The position numbers and the translations under genes are program-made. The notes under the pieces were generated by a model, which did no database searches, had not been told where the DNA came from, and saw nothing but the letters and a program-made list of their open reading frames with translations. From assembly GCA_951406725.2 (NCBI GenBank), contig OX597814.1, positions 138,322,001 through 138,386,000 of the forward strand: a DNA stretch of 64,000 nt, given 5' to 3'. Each line of letters opens with the position of its first letter. Position 1 is the stretch's first letter. This stretch comes from Octopus vulgaris (lineage: Eukaryota). This document shows, in pieces, positions 12,516-26,510 of this stretch.

Positions 12516-15500
12516 TATATCATCATCATCATCATCATTTAACGCCTGTCTTCCACCGTGCATGGGTAGGATGGTTGACAGGAGACAGCCAGGTAGAAGA
12601 CACAGAAGTCTGGTGCAGGGTCCCTGACTGACCAGCTCCTGTCAAACCATCCAACCCATGCCAGCATAGAAGGCAGACATTAATCGATGATGATGATGAT
12701 ATATAAATACACACACACACACACACACATGAATGTACAAGTCCACTAATAATGTGATCCTTAAACTGGAAAATAGCAACTCCCTGCCATAAAATGAAGC
12801 GAAACTTACCCTCCCACATGACTCCCACTTTATAAATGAAAAGACAAGACTGAGTCTGCATCTGTACCATTCCCTTTACTTTACCATGGTGTTGGACAAA
12901 TTTAAAAGTTTCAAGCCATCTTAATTGTTATTAAGCATGCCGATTTGTCTGTCCCCACCACCACCACCACCAGTTTTTCAGTCCTCGTTTTCCCCTTCCC
13001 AGTCTAATGCAAACATTGCACTAATAGACTTTTGTATAGCTACTTGGCTTGCAACAATGTTGTAGACACATTTTCCTCAATTAAACTCCTCTCTCGTTTG
13101 CGTTTTAAAGTAAGGACCATAGCATGGGGTGTGTGAAATACATAGATTTTCTTATTACATGGCTCTCCTATATTAGCCAGCTGTTGCACTGGCTTGGCTA
13201 CAGCTTGAGTGTCAAGCAAAGGAGGAAGTGTCTTCTGAAGTTTGGTCTTATTTGTGGCGGTGGTGGTCTTAAGAAATGATTCATATCAGTAAGTGTGTAT
13301 GTGTGTGTGGGAGTTGAGAGGGATAGAGTGGAAGAAATTGAGGTGAAGTGCAATCAAAGGGATGACTGTTCTGCACCTGCTATAATGACTTATTCACAGC
13401 TACTCTGCTACGTTCACCAATGACAGAGCCTCTAGGCGATCACTCAGCCAGCTAGAAATAACAGTTGAGTCTCCCTCAAATCACACCCTATTGCTCTAAA
13501 TAAAGAAAGAACACTGCATTAAGTAATGTAGATCTATGCACCCATAATTTCACTGGATGGATGCCTTTCACAATAGGTTTCCTTGATCAGGGTTGAGCCA
13601 TGTGTTGAATCACAAAACAGTAACAACCCCCTATGTCAACATTAACCAGCATGGGAGACTTTAGGTTAGTCGTAGGCAAATTGTGGCTCACGGGACTTTC
13701 TGAATGGCATATCTAACAAAGAAATGACCATGAATTCTTAGTATTGTGGCCTACTTGAAAATGAGGCAGCTCTTGTGCATCCTACTTCTCAAGAAAGGTT
13801 GCTCATGCTTGCTCTAGATAGTTGCTCTGTTTGCCAGAAATAGCAGCCAAATTTCTTTCAGATCATACCCTATTGTCTTAAAAAAAAATGATTAGACTGT
13901 CACCTTTGATCATGGGTCACCTTTGCAATGCTTTTGTTTCTATGTTTGCACTGACAGATGCTGTTGCTGGTTCAGCACCATCAACAGCATTTATCACATG
14001 CAGCTGTTAATCACCCTCCGCTCTACCTTTCGCTGTTGACCAGTTACTCTACTTCTATCATGAGTATTACTGCCACCACTGCCAGCACCTCCACCACCAG
14101 TGCCACCACCTCTGCTGCTTCCACCACCACCATCACTGCTACTGCTGCCGTCATAGTTTTAACATCCACTTTTTCAAGCTTGCATGGGTCAGATGAAATT
14201 TGTTGAGGTAGATTTCCTATGGCTTGATGCTCTTCCTGTGACCAACCTTTACTTCTTTCCAAGTAAGGTAATATTTTCCCGTCACCAGACATGTTTTTAT
14301 GGAAAACTGGAAATGATGTTGACTATTCATTTACAACAATTGCAATAACAATATGCATGATGGTGAGGTAGTCATGTACATCTATTCCTTTTTTGTTTTA
14401 GTTTCATTGCTTACTTTGAATAGGAAGCGACATGGTGCCTACCTTGACTTTTTGCTGGTGGTAGTGGTGGTGGTGGATTGCAACAGCTGGATTGTTGGGA
14501 TAAAGGTATATTGTTGTACAACTGACCATTATGGCATTGATGTGTTATCAGTTCCCTTTTTTGGCAGATTTATGACCAGCCTCTAGGCAGCCCCATTTAG
14601 TTTTAAATTTTAAGTGAAATTTCATAAAGGAACTACAAATATATATATTTGTGTGTGTGAGTATAATATACATATATATATTGGCACTCGGTCGGTTACG
14701 ACAATGAGGGTTCCAGTTGATCTGATCAACGAAACAGCCTGCTCGTGAAGAGTTTCTACAGCCGGATGCCCTTCCTAACGCTGACCACTCAGTGTAGTGG
14801 GTACTTTTATGTGCCGCTGGCACGAAGGCCAGTCTGGTGGTACTGGCAACGGCCACACTCGAAATGGTGTTTTCTACATGCCACCTGCACAGGAGTCAGT
14901 CCAGTGGAACTGGCAATGACCTCACTCGAATGTTTAGTTCATGTGCCACCAGCACAAGTGCCAGTAAGGCGACGCTGGTAACGATCATGCTCAAATGGTG
15001 CTTTTTATATAATATATGTGTATTTATATATAATATAATATAATATAATATATATATATATATTACACACACATGTATATATGTATATATAAATAAAGGG
15101 TGCAAAATAGCACCAGTGATTGCTCTTTTTGTGAGTTTATCTCACAAAGGAAGAATCATTTAGCTTGCTGTGCCCGCTTCCACCAAATATAATGAGGTTA
15201 GTGTTCTTTGTGGCTTAGAATTAATTTTGACTCTTATTTTTAGCAATCACTGGTGCTATTTTATTTATTAATTCCTTTTGGGTTTTTTAATTGCTAGCAA
15301 ACCACTTATACTGTAATGTGTTTAATATATCTTAATATATTAATATATCAATCTAGCATTTCTTTGTATTGATATATATATATATATACATATATAAAAC
15401 ACGAGATTGCTTATAAGTTATTGAGTTACACCATCTTATATATATATTTCATTAATGTTGGCTAATTGCATAATCAAGATTTAATGTCAAATCACCAACG

Positions 15501-15612
15501 ATATGTAACCTTTATGTATAATACTATGGCATTGAGAAAATATTGACATTATTCTCTATCATGGAGGTGGCTAGCAATTGAGCTATGCACACACACACAC
15601 ACATGCACACAC

Positions 15613-15652
<40 letters not shown>

Positions 15653-17189
15653 TATACTGCTTTTGAGTTAAAGTTGTTGTCCACAGGTTATGAGGTGTAG
15701 AGCGAGGGAAAGAATATAGTGATGTCGATTATGAACATGGCCAAGGGAGAAACCCCTGAGGTGTCTCCTATATACAAATGTACTAGTTTCCACTTGTTAT
15801 TTTTGTTGAGTTGTTCCGTGCAGGCCTGAGAATTTGTGGACGAGTTGGCTAAGTGATTACAAAGTGGTTCCTCTTCCCTTCTGCTCCAAATGTTGTGTTG
15901 AGAGACTCTTATAACTGAAGGGTTGCTAAGATTTTTGTTGACAAGTTCCTCCTTAAAGGATTGACAGGGAATGTGAAAGTCATTCCCTGAAACAATTCCT
16001 GGGATTGATATCTGCGTTGAAATTTCATCCCATTTCACCATTTATGTCACTTTTCATATTAGTTTGTCTTTTTTTATTTCTCATTTTTCTTATTTATTAT
16101 TATTTTTCGTTTTGGATTTGTTGATTTTTGATGAGTGGATTGGATGAAGTGATAGAGCATTGGATACTATTTGGTTACACCCTTTATGTTCTGAGTTCAA
16201 GTTCTGTGTCAGTGAGTTTTGTCTTTTATCCTGATGAGCTTGATATAATAAAGTACCACACAAGTGCTGGGGTTGATTTAATCATGCAATCCCACAAATT
16301 TTTGGCCTTGTACCTGATTAACAAATGAATATTGTTAACCCATTAAGGAGAGATGACTGATGAATAAAGAATTGGTACCTCAATTCATGTGTCATTAATC
16401 AATAGTTACTGTAGATATTCCATTGTAACTTTTGATGTAACACTTAATTTTATGTTACCCTTCATCTTGAGTGAGTTTCTATATAGCTGCCCAGTCTGCT
16501 AGATATAGCAACCAAATTTCTTTAAATCACATACTGCTATTTTAAAATAGGAAGGGTCTATTGGATAATGTAGTCCTAGGTAGAGCAGTCAAAGCTGGAA
16601 AGCTTTTGATCATAGTTGTGCTCAATATGGGTTGACTTGGGGGCTAAACAACAAGGGCCAGGCATTTTCAGAAATCTTTATTTGTGACAAAATGGGTTTC
16701 ATAGACAGAAACTGAAAGAAGCCCATCACGCGTGTGTGTGTGTGTAAGTGAGCATCACCCTTGTACAAGCATTGTTTCTAGCTCTTCATGAAAAATATAT
16801 TTGGCCATGGGAAATATTACCTTCCTTGGAAGCAGGTGAAAGTTAGTGACAGGAAGGGCATCCAACTATAAAAAAAAGTCTTCCTCAGTAAATTGTGGCT
16901 GATTCATGCAAAATGGACATTAAATGTAATTATTAGTGGCAGTTTTTGTTTACTAATTAGTTATCTTTTATCTTTTACTTGTTTCAGTCATTAAATTGTG
17001 GCCATACTGGGGCACCACCTTGAAGAATTTTAGTCAAATGAATTGACCCCAGTACTTATTTTTTTTAAAGCCTGGTACTTATTCTATCAGCCTCTTTTGC
17101 TGAACTGCTAAGTTATAGGGATGTAAACACACCAACACCAGTTGTTAAGTGGTGGTGGGGGAGACAAATACAGACACAAAGACACACAC

Positions 17190-17241
<52 letters not shown>

Positions 17242-18137
17242 ATATATATATATATGTATGTATATATATATACTATGGGGTTCTTTTAGTTTCTGTCTAA
17301 CAAATCCACTTTCAAGGCTTTAATCAACCTGAGACTATAGTAGAAGGTACTCATCCAGGGTACCACACAGTGGGACTGAACCTGGAACCATGTAGTTGGG
17401 AAGCAAGCTTTTTACCACACAGCCATACCTTGCACTTAATCAAAGTTAATCAAAAGTCTTTCAACTCATTATATTACATTCGTGAGGCTCAACTATTTGT
17501 ATTTCATATAAAAAAAAAACAAAAGCAACACCCTGAGGTATTTTCCTTTTGGTCATGGTTTATAATGGTCTGTGCCACCAAGAATCAAATTAAAAACAAA
17601 AACACAAAATAACCAAAACAAACAAACAAACAAATAAAAAACAACAAAAAGGCAAGCAATAATAAATAAAGCTAAAGGATGTTGGCATCCATGATATAAA
17701 GTAGAGACTAATATTTCAGACTGGAGTCTCTCATTGAAGAAGAAAGGATATCTTCTGGTTTATAATCTCTTTAAGCTTCTTAATCTTTAAGTTTGTCTTC
17801 CCGTCTCTGCGTCCCGCCCTCTCTCTCTCTGTATATATATATGTTTATATATGCGTTCCACTCTCTTTGTGTTTTGCTTTTTCCTCATTCCATTCTCCCA
17901 TGTTGTTCTTTATCTACTGTTTGTACTGACTCTGTGTAACTCCCTTAATGTGTCTATGTCTACCTCTTTTAATCATTTCCTCCTTGTACTCTACTTCATT
18001 ATCATTCCCTCTCTTTCTCTGTCTGTCTCTCTGCCTCTCTCTCTCTCTCTCTTTCTATACATCAGTCTCCTCAACCATTTCCTTCTCTGTAAAATCACAT
18101 CACAAACTGACATCACATCCTCTATTGTTTCAAGTGT

Positions 18138-18179
<42 letters not shown>

Positions 18180-18297
18180 ATGTGAGTACATGTTTGAGTA
18201 TATATGTATCATCATCATCCTTAAATATCTGTGTTCCATGCTGGCATGTGTTATACACACACACGCACACACACACACACATATACATACACACATA

Positions 18298-18347
<50 letters not shown>

Positions 18348-18462
18348 CATTTATAATTATTACTATAATCCTGCTCTACTTAGAATTGGCTAAGTTTGGT
18401 ATTTTAGCAACAGCAGTTCAAAGAAATCATGTTGAGTCTCATGTAAGAGAGAAAGAAAGAAA

Positions 18463-18504
<42 letters not shown>

Positions 18505-19576
18505 CAGGCCTCCGTTGTGTGTGTGTGTAGTGGTGATGGGGAAGAATATCATTTTGCTGATATAATCAGGGGTTCTAGGTTCAGTTTGTGAATAAATAGT
18601 CTTATCAAGCCATCTTTTTCTCTTCCATTTGCCTTTCTTCTACTTATTATTATTATTATTATTATTATTATTTCAGTTCTTTCCTGACCCCTTCATATGA
18701 AACCAAAACATCTGTTTTAATAATTGTGTTTTCCCCTCTTATTCCCATCTGTTCATCTTGGAACTGATCACACACACACATGCATGCACACACACATGCA
18801 TGCACACATACACACATAAATGTTCATACTAGTAATAAAAAGCAACTTATTAAAATGCACAAAACACATACAACACAAATGCATATAGTCAAACTCATAC
18901 ATTTATAGTTTATAAATGTTAAACAAAATTGAACCAAGGGAAATCCCTCAAATCTACCAATGCCATGGATAAAACAAATCGTATACTGAGAAACTGAATA
19001 ATGAAGTTCAAAATTCATTATCATTTTCATTATAGGTTTAGGTATAGCTGTGTAGTAAGAAGCTTGCTTACCAACTACATGTTTCTAGGTTTAGTCCCAC
19101 TGCATGGCACCTTGGGCAAGTGTCTTCGACTATAGTCATGGGCTGACCAAAGCCTTGTGAGTGAATTTGGTAGAGGGAAACTGAAAGAAGCCCGTCGTAT
19201 ATATCATCATAAACGATGATGATGATGAAATATATATATATATATATATATATATTGGCATTAGAAAGGGCATCCAGCTGTAGAAACTCTGCCAGATCAA
19301 GATTGGAGCCTGGTGCAGCCATCTTGTTTGCCAGTCCTCAGTCAAATTGTCCAACCCATGCTAGCATGGAAAGTGGACATTAAACGATTAGAGGATATAT
19401 ATATATAATATATATATATATATCATCATCATCATCATCGTTTAACGTCTGCTTTCCATGCTAGCATGGGTTCATCATCATCATCATCATCATTTAGAGA
19501 ACGGACGCTAAATGATGATGATGATGATGATGAACCCATGCTAGCATGGAAAGCGGACGTTAAACGATGATGATGA

Positions 19577-19660
<84 letters not shown>

Positions 19661-21875
19661 GTGTGTGTGTGTATGTATGAATGTGTGTGTGTGATTGTGT
19701 ATGTGTGTGTGTTTGCCCCCCCCCCCCACCATCACTTGACACCGATGTTGGTGTGTTTACATCCACGTAACTTAGCGGTTCAGCAAAAATGACCAATAGA
19801 ATAAGTGCTAGGCTTACAAACAATAAGTCCTGGTGTTGATTTCTTCAACTAAAGGCAGTGATCCAGCATGGCTGCAGTCAATTGACTGAAACTAGTAAAA
19901 GAAATTGTTTTTTAATGTCCATCTTTTCTGCTGGCATGGATACTGGCATGGGTTAAGTGGTTTGACGGGACCTGAGGAGTGCTACATTGTACACATTGGT
20001 ATGGTTTCTATGGCTGGATACCTTTCCTAATGCTGATCACTTTAGAAAAAAGTGCTATGTCCTTTTTAAGTGGCATCAGCACTGATATTTGTTGGTTTGA
20101 GTGCTACGGTAGGAGGTCAATAGACTAAGTAGCAGTAATGGTCTGAAGTTGTTTAATACCAGGTCAGCTCAGATCAAGCTTCTTAACCACACAGCCATGC
20201 CTGCAGCTGTAATATAGATGCAAAAGCAGGGTCTTGTAAAGAAAGGGAAGGTGGTGGTCTGGCATAATTGTTAGCGCACCAGAAAAAACAATTGCTTAGC
20301 ATCATTTTACCCATCTCTACATTCTGAGAGGATCGACTCTGCCTTTCATCCTTTTGGAGTAAATAAATTGAGTACCAGTTGTGTACTGAGGTTGATCTAA
20401 TCGACTGGACCCCCTCCTCAAAAATTTCAAGCCTTGTGCCTAGAATAGAAAAGATTTATCCTTTCAAGATTGATGACGTAAGTACCAGAAATGCACTGGG
20501 GTTGATGTAACCAACTACCCCCTTTCCTAAAAAACAAAATCACTTACACTCTGTTGTACATGCACACCAACATTACTCATCCAGTGGAGTATGTGGGCTT
20601 CATTTCTTTCAAGCCTTCATATGTCCTCAATAGTCACAGCCCATGTCTCACTACAATGTGGCATAGCTGTTTGTACACAGGTATTATACAATCTGCCTTT
20701 CACTCTGAGGAAGAGGCCCTTTGTTACTAACAAAGGTAGTAGCTCTTTGAATTTGCTCAGTTTTGGTCAATAGACTAAGTAGCAGTAATGGTCCGAAGTT
20801 TGATTCAAATATGTGCTGGTGGCACGTAAAAAGCACCATCTGCTCATGGCCATTGCCAGCCTTGCCTGGCCCCCGTGCCGGTGGCACGTAAAAAGCACCA
20901 TCCGATCATGGCCGTTTGCCAGCCTTGTCTGGCACCTGTGCCGGTGGCACGTAAAAAGCACCCACTACACACACGGAGTGGTTGGCGTTAGGAAGGGCAT
21001 CCAGCCATAGAAACATTGCCAGATCAGACTGGGCCTGGCTTCCCAGACCCTAGTTGAACCGTCCAACCCATGCCAGCATGGAAAGTGGACGCTAAACGAT
21101 GATGATGATGACAACTTATGTGGCGGTGAGGCAGAACAATGACTGATGTAAGTATCTTACATAGATCTATATGAACCTGGGAAAACAGACATTAATAAAC
21201 CATCTTCTTTATCACAGTGATGAGGATGGTTATTGTTATGAAGTTGATAACAATGATAATAGAGATGGTACTTCTAATGTTGGTTGTGGTTGAGATGGAA
21301 TGATAAGAATGACAATTAAGTTGATGATTAAAATATTACTAATACAGTAAGAAGTGCTTTTATTATTGCTGTTGTTGTTGTTGTTTAGCACATGGTTCAA
21401 TCTTATGGAATCGCCTTATCTTCAAAAATAACCACAAAATTCCCTCAGATCGTAACACTACTGCTTTAAAATAGGAAAGACACATTGGACGATGTAGTAT
21501 AATGCTATACAAAAGAAGATGATATAGTTGATGCTGGTATGCCTTTAACCAGGGTCTGTTTGATCTGAGCTGACCTGATATTAAACAACTACAACCATAA
21601 GAAATACAATATACGTACACATGCCATCATATATTTTGTCATCATCATCATCATCATTTAGTGTACACTTTTCCATTCTTGCATGACTCACATAAAATTT
21701 GTTGAGGTAGATTTTCTACAACCAAATGCTCTTCCTGCTGCCAACTTTTATCTGTTTCCAAAGGAGGTAATATTTCCTCACAGCTAGGTATGTTTTTCAT
21801 GGAAGACTTGAAGTGAACATCTTTGCTTGTATGATGACGATGATAATGATGATGATCATGATGATGATAATGACA

Positions 21876-21925
<50 letters not shown>

Positions 21926-22672
21926 GATGATGATGAACGATGATGAACGATGATGATGAACGATGATGATGATGACGACTACGACAGTTATTATTATTTA
22001 TATCCATGATGTCAAGACAAGGATTCATACAAGTTGGAACAGAAATTTTCAAATCCAGAGCTACAGTTGTTGTCGTCGTCGTCGTTTAATGTCCTACAGT
22101 GTCATAAGAAATACAGAGGTCTTGGAAATATATAAGAATTCCGATAATGGTAGTCATCATTAGAGATGTTGATAAGGTGTTGAGCTGGCAGAATCATTAC
22201 CGTGCTGGACAAAATGCTTAGTGGAATTTCAGCCACCTTTATGTTCTGAGTTAAAATTCCACCAAGTCAACTTCGCCTTTCATCGTTTTGGGGGGTCAAT
22301 AAAATAAGTACCAGTTATGCACTGGGGTCTATGTAATTAACTTAATCCCTTTGTCTGTCCTTATTTGTCCCCCACTCTATGTTTAGCCCCTTGTGGGCAA
22401 TAAATAAATAAATAAAATAAGTACCAGTTCAACACAGGGGTCAAAATAATTAACTTACCCCGTCCCCTAATCTTGCTGGCCTTGTGCCAAAATTTGAAAT
22501 CATTATTAAAGGTGTTGATGTCAGTATTGCTGTTAGAGTTTTGATAATAGTAATTATCTAATTATCATTAAAGATATTAATGATGATAATCTAAAGGTGA
22601 TATCAATTTATTTTCTATTTTCAGATCTGAGAAACTAAACATCTAAAAAGTCCCGTGTATGAGACTTTGAAG

Positions 22673-22742
22673 ATGGGGCTTATCTGTGGCAGCCAGTCCC
22701 ACAATTATGATAATGCTAAATGTAAAGAATTGTCAGACAATA
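22673..22742 (+). CDS. PALD1: Paladin-like gene, first coding exon (exon starts 22625): MGLICGSQSHNYDNAKCKELSDN
   Basis: Acceptor ttttctattttcag ends 22624. In-frame TGA at 22628 lies upstream of the ATG at 22673 (aagATGG, strong context). Donor A|gtaagt at 22742/3 leaves phase 1, matching the 38827 exon (A+AA=Lys). An MG start is typical of paladin. Confidence 0.7.
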
Positions 22743-24409
22743 GTAAGTATACAGAGTTCTTAGCCAAATTTCTTCAGATGTATGACTTGTTGTGTAATTC
22801 TCTTCACCACCTCAGACATGATTCTCAGTTTCTGTAAATTCTTCCTAACAGAGATTAAAATTTCAAAAACCTGTTTCCATGATGCAACTCAACCATCTGG
22901 ATATGCCATTCATTAAAGAATATAGATAGCCAGTGGAATACTTTGTCTCAAAGTTTTTATCTAGTGCCGGTGGCATGTAAAAATTACCATCCAAATGTGG
23001 CTGATACCAGTGCTGCCTTGACTGGCTTCCATGCTGGTGGCACATAAAAAGCACCAACTGATTGTGGCTGTTGCCAGTCTCCCCTGGCACTTGTGCCGGT
23101 GGCACGTAAAAAGCACCCACTACATTCTCGGAGTAGTTGGCGTTAGGAAGGGTATCCAGCTGTAGAAACACTGCCAGATCAGACTGGAGCCTGGTGCAGC
23201 CTCCTGGCTTCCCAGACCTGGTCGAATTGTCCAACCCAGGCTAGCATGGAAAACGGATGTTAAACGATGATGATGATGATGATGATGACTAGTGACTGAG
23301 ACCTTTGGTGATATGCTGTGCTTGAGAAGACCCGTCAAGCCAAGTGAAATTGTAGTCATGGCTGATGCTGGTGTCATGTAACGGGCATGTAAAAAGCACC
23401 TTTCAAACGTTGGGTCTCACAGAAGCAATGACCAAGACCTTTGACATTATATCATGCTTGAGAAGACCCATTGAGCCAAGTAAAATCACAGTCATGGCAG
23501 ATACTGGTGTCATGCAAATGGCACCCATGCTGGTGGCACAAAATTGCTCCTATTACACTCTTGGAGTGGTTGGTGTTAGGAAGGGCATCCAGCCGTAGAA
23601 ACTATGGCAAATCAGACTGGGATTTGGTGCAGCCTTCCAGCTTGCCAGCCCTAGTCAAACCGTCCCACCTATGCCAGCATGGACAATGGATGCTAAATGT
23701 TGATGATGATGATGATGATGATGATGACCTAAACTTTTTTGTAACCATATTTTTGTTGAAATAAACCCTCTTAAAATAATTTTGAAATAATGAAGAATAT
23801 AGTAAACTAATTTGTCCTTATTAAACTGATGTTTGGGACATGATTTTTCATGAAATTTTAATGGGAAATTTTAATTTAGACCAGACAGTGTCACATAAAA
23901 GCACCCAGCACACTCTCTGAAGTGGTTGGCATTAAGAAGGGCATCAACCCATAGAACCCATGCCAAATCAGATTGGAGGCTGGTGCAGCCTCCCAGCTTG
24001 CCAGCTCTGGTCAAACCATCCAACCCATGCCAGCATGGACAATGTTAATTGCTGGTGATGATGGTATTCAATCAGGGCCTACATGTCCCTCGAAGGTTCA
24101 TATAGGATATTGTTATTAAACTTTATGTGCAATATATTGCTTATGCTTCTACAATACGCAAAATATTTTAACAATTTTTTAATACAATTTGTAATAATTT
24201 TTAATTATAAAAATGTAATGAGATTTTTTAAAGCCTCAAATGGTTATTGGAGTCCAGTAGAGTAAAACAGGAACCAAAGGGGTCCACAGGCAAAAAAATG
24301 GTTGAGAACAACTGCTTTAGATCATCACTTGTCTGATGATGATGCTCATTTATAACCATCACATCTAGTCAAAGGTACACATGAACATTCATGTGCACAT
24401 GTGTGCATA

Positions 24410-25440
24410 TATACACATGGTGCATAGCTTGTACAGCTCTCACCAATCACTCATCCATCCCTAGCTTCTGCATTGCCCACCAGATGAGGGCACAGGGGAC
24501 CTTGTCAAAAGCTTTCTCCATGTCAACAGAAGGCAAATACAGAGGTTTATTTTTGGCATCAGTAGTGCTTCTTCCTGGCACAAAACCAAACTGCATCTTG
24601 TCTAGGTTAACTCTCTTCCTAATTAATTGAGCTATGATACATACTTTCTGTAACTTTCATCACCTGGTCCAGCAACTTGATACCTCTGTAACTATTTCTA
24701 GTTGGCTATAATGTTGCCACGTCAATCATTAGGAATGACTCTCTCCTGGACAACTAGATTAACAATATAGGTGACTTGGCTGTATCTCACTTTGTAAGAT
24801 ATTTTAAGTATCACAGCTGTGATTCCTGGTGGGTTGGAGTCTTTCCCTGTCTTCATATTCTTAATTACTTTATCTACTAAGCTAGTGTTGATTTGAAAGG
24901 TTGGTACTTCTGTCGGATTCAAATTAGGCAGGCTCTCCTTCTCTCATGCATTCTCTACATTTAGCATTTCATAGTAACACACCCAAGCCTCCTACTTTGC
25001 AGAATCACTAACTGCAAATGAGTCATCATCCATGCAAATGCAGTCCTCTCCTACAACTTCATAGCTTTCTCTTATATAGTGTCTTGCAATCCAAAACACC
25101 TCAAGCCTCTGGTCCTCATGCTGCAAAACATTGGCAAACTTCTTCCTTTCTGGCTGTCTCCTGGTTGAGTATACCTGTCTTCTTGCTCCCTGATATAGAT
25201 CACTGCTGCCACCATTCACCCAGTCCTTCCAGACATTCTTCTTCACTCTCATGGCTCTGTCTACTCTAACATTCCACCACCATGTCACTCTAGGTCTAAT
25301 TGGGACTTTGCACCAGCCACAGATTTGGTCTGTGACACTCAGTAACCTATCCCATAAGAAATTTCAGTTGTCCTCTATGTTACATGTCTGTAGCTCCTCC
25401 TCCTTCTTGTTAAATGCTTCAATTATGATGTCGCTAAATC
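24410..25440 (-). mobile_element. Decayed RTE-clade LINE (endonuclease-RT linker and RT start)
   Basis: TWWWNVRVDRAMRVKK..WKDW and VIKNMKTGKDSNPPGITAVILK; frameshifted. Confidence 0.75.
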
Positions 25441-26510
25441 TCTTATGTACGTGTAAGTGTGTGTGTGCATGCACGTGTGTTTTATGTGCATATGTGTGTG
25501 TGTACGTGAATCCTTGTCCACACATTATGTTATATTACAACTTCACTTGTATGATGAGCATCATCGTCATACGAATGAAGTTGTTCATTTCTAGTCTTCC
25601 CTGAAAAACATGTCTAGCTATTTGAAAATATTACTTTTCTTGGAAACAAAAGAGGATTGACAGCAGGAAGGGCATCCAGCTGCAGAAAATCTGCCTCAAG
25701 CACAGGAATGTGGATGTTAACTGATTATGAATAGTCAGGTGCGATTTGAGGAGTATTTGACTATTATTTCTAGTAGGCTCATTTGATGGCTTAGAATTTT
25801 GTTGATGTTGCTGCTTTTGGAAATAATTTAAATTTAAAAGTTTGAACAGTTTGTGTCAGAACAGAGCTTGTCCTAATGAGACCACAATAACAGTTGCGGC
25901 AGCCGTAGCAGCAGCAGCAGCAACACAACGACAACAACCACATCATCAGTTCTGTCAGTTTGAATAACATTTTGAGTTTGATACTAACTCTAGGGAATTG
26001 CATATTTTTTTTATTTGTTTCAATCACTGGGCTGTGGCCATACTGAGGCACCACATTAAAGCCTCTTTAGTCAATATAATTCATCCAGTTGTTTGTCTTG
26101 AACTTATTTCAGTGGTTTTTAATTGAGGTCCATATAGTCCTTAGGGGTCTATATAAGATTTTATTGTTAAATTTTATCTGTAACAAATTGGCCATACTTC
26201 TACATGCATAAAATATTTTTACAATCTTTTAATACAATTCCTAACAATATTTAATTATAAAGGCGGTGAGCTGGCAAAAACGTTAGCATGCTGGGCGAAA
26301 TGCTTAGTAGTATTTTGTCTGTCTTTATGTTCTGAGTTCAAATTCCCCTGAGGTCAACTTTGCCTTTCATCCTTTTGGGGTTGATAAATTAAGTACCAGT
26401 TGCGTACTGGGGTCAATCTAATTGACTGGCTCCCTCCCCCAAAATTTTGGGCCTTGTGCCTAGAGTAGAAAAGAATATAATGGACCTAGTTGTTTGTCTT
26501 GAATTTATTT

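Noticed and set aside
16231-16290. ctgatgag motif
   Set aside because: It lies inside a decayed family-A SINE and has no GAAA or stem partner.
17705-17745. Hammerhead-like arrangement on the minus strand (caatga-g-agac tcca gtct-gaaa-tatta)
   Set aside because: The core is heavily mismatched and stem I does not pair. At most a very old relic.
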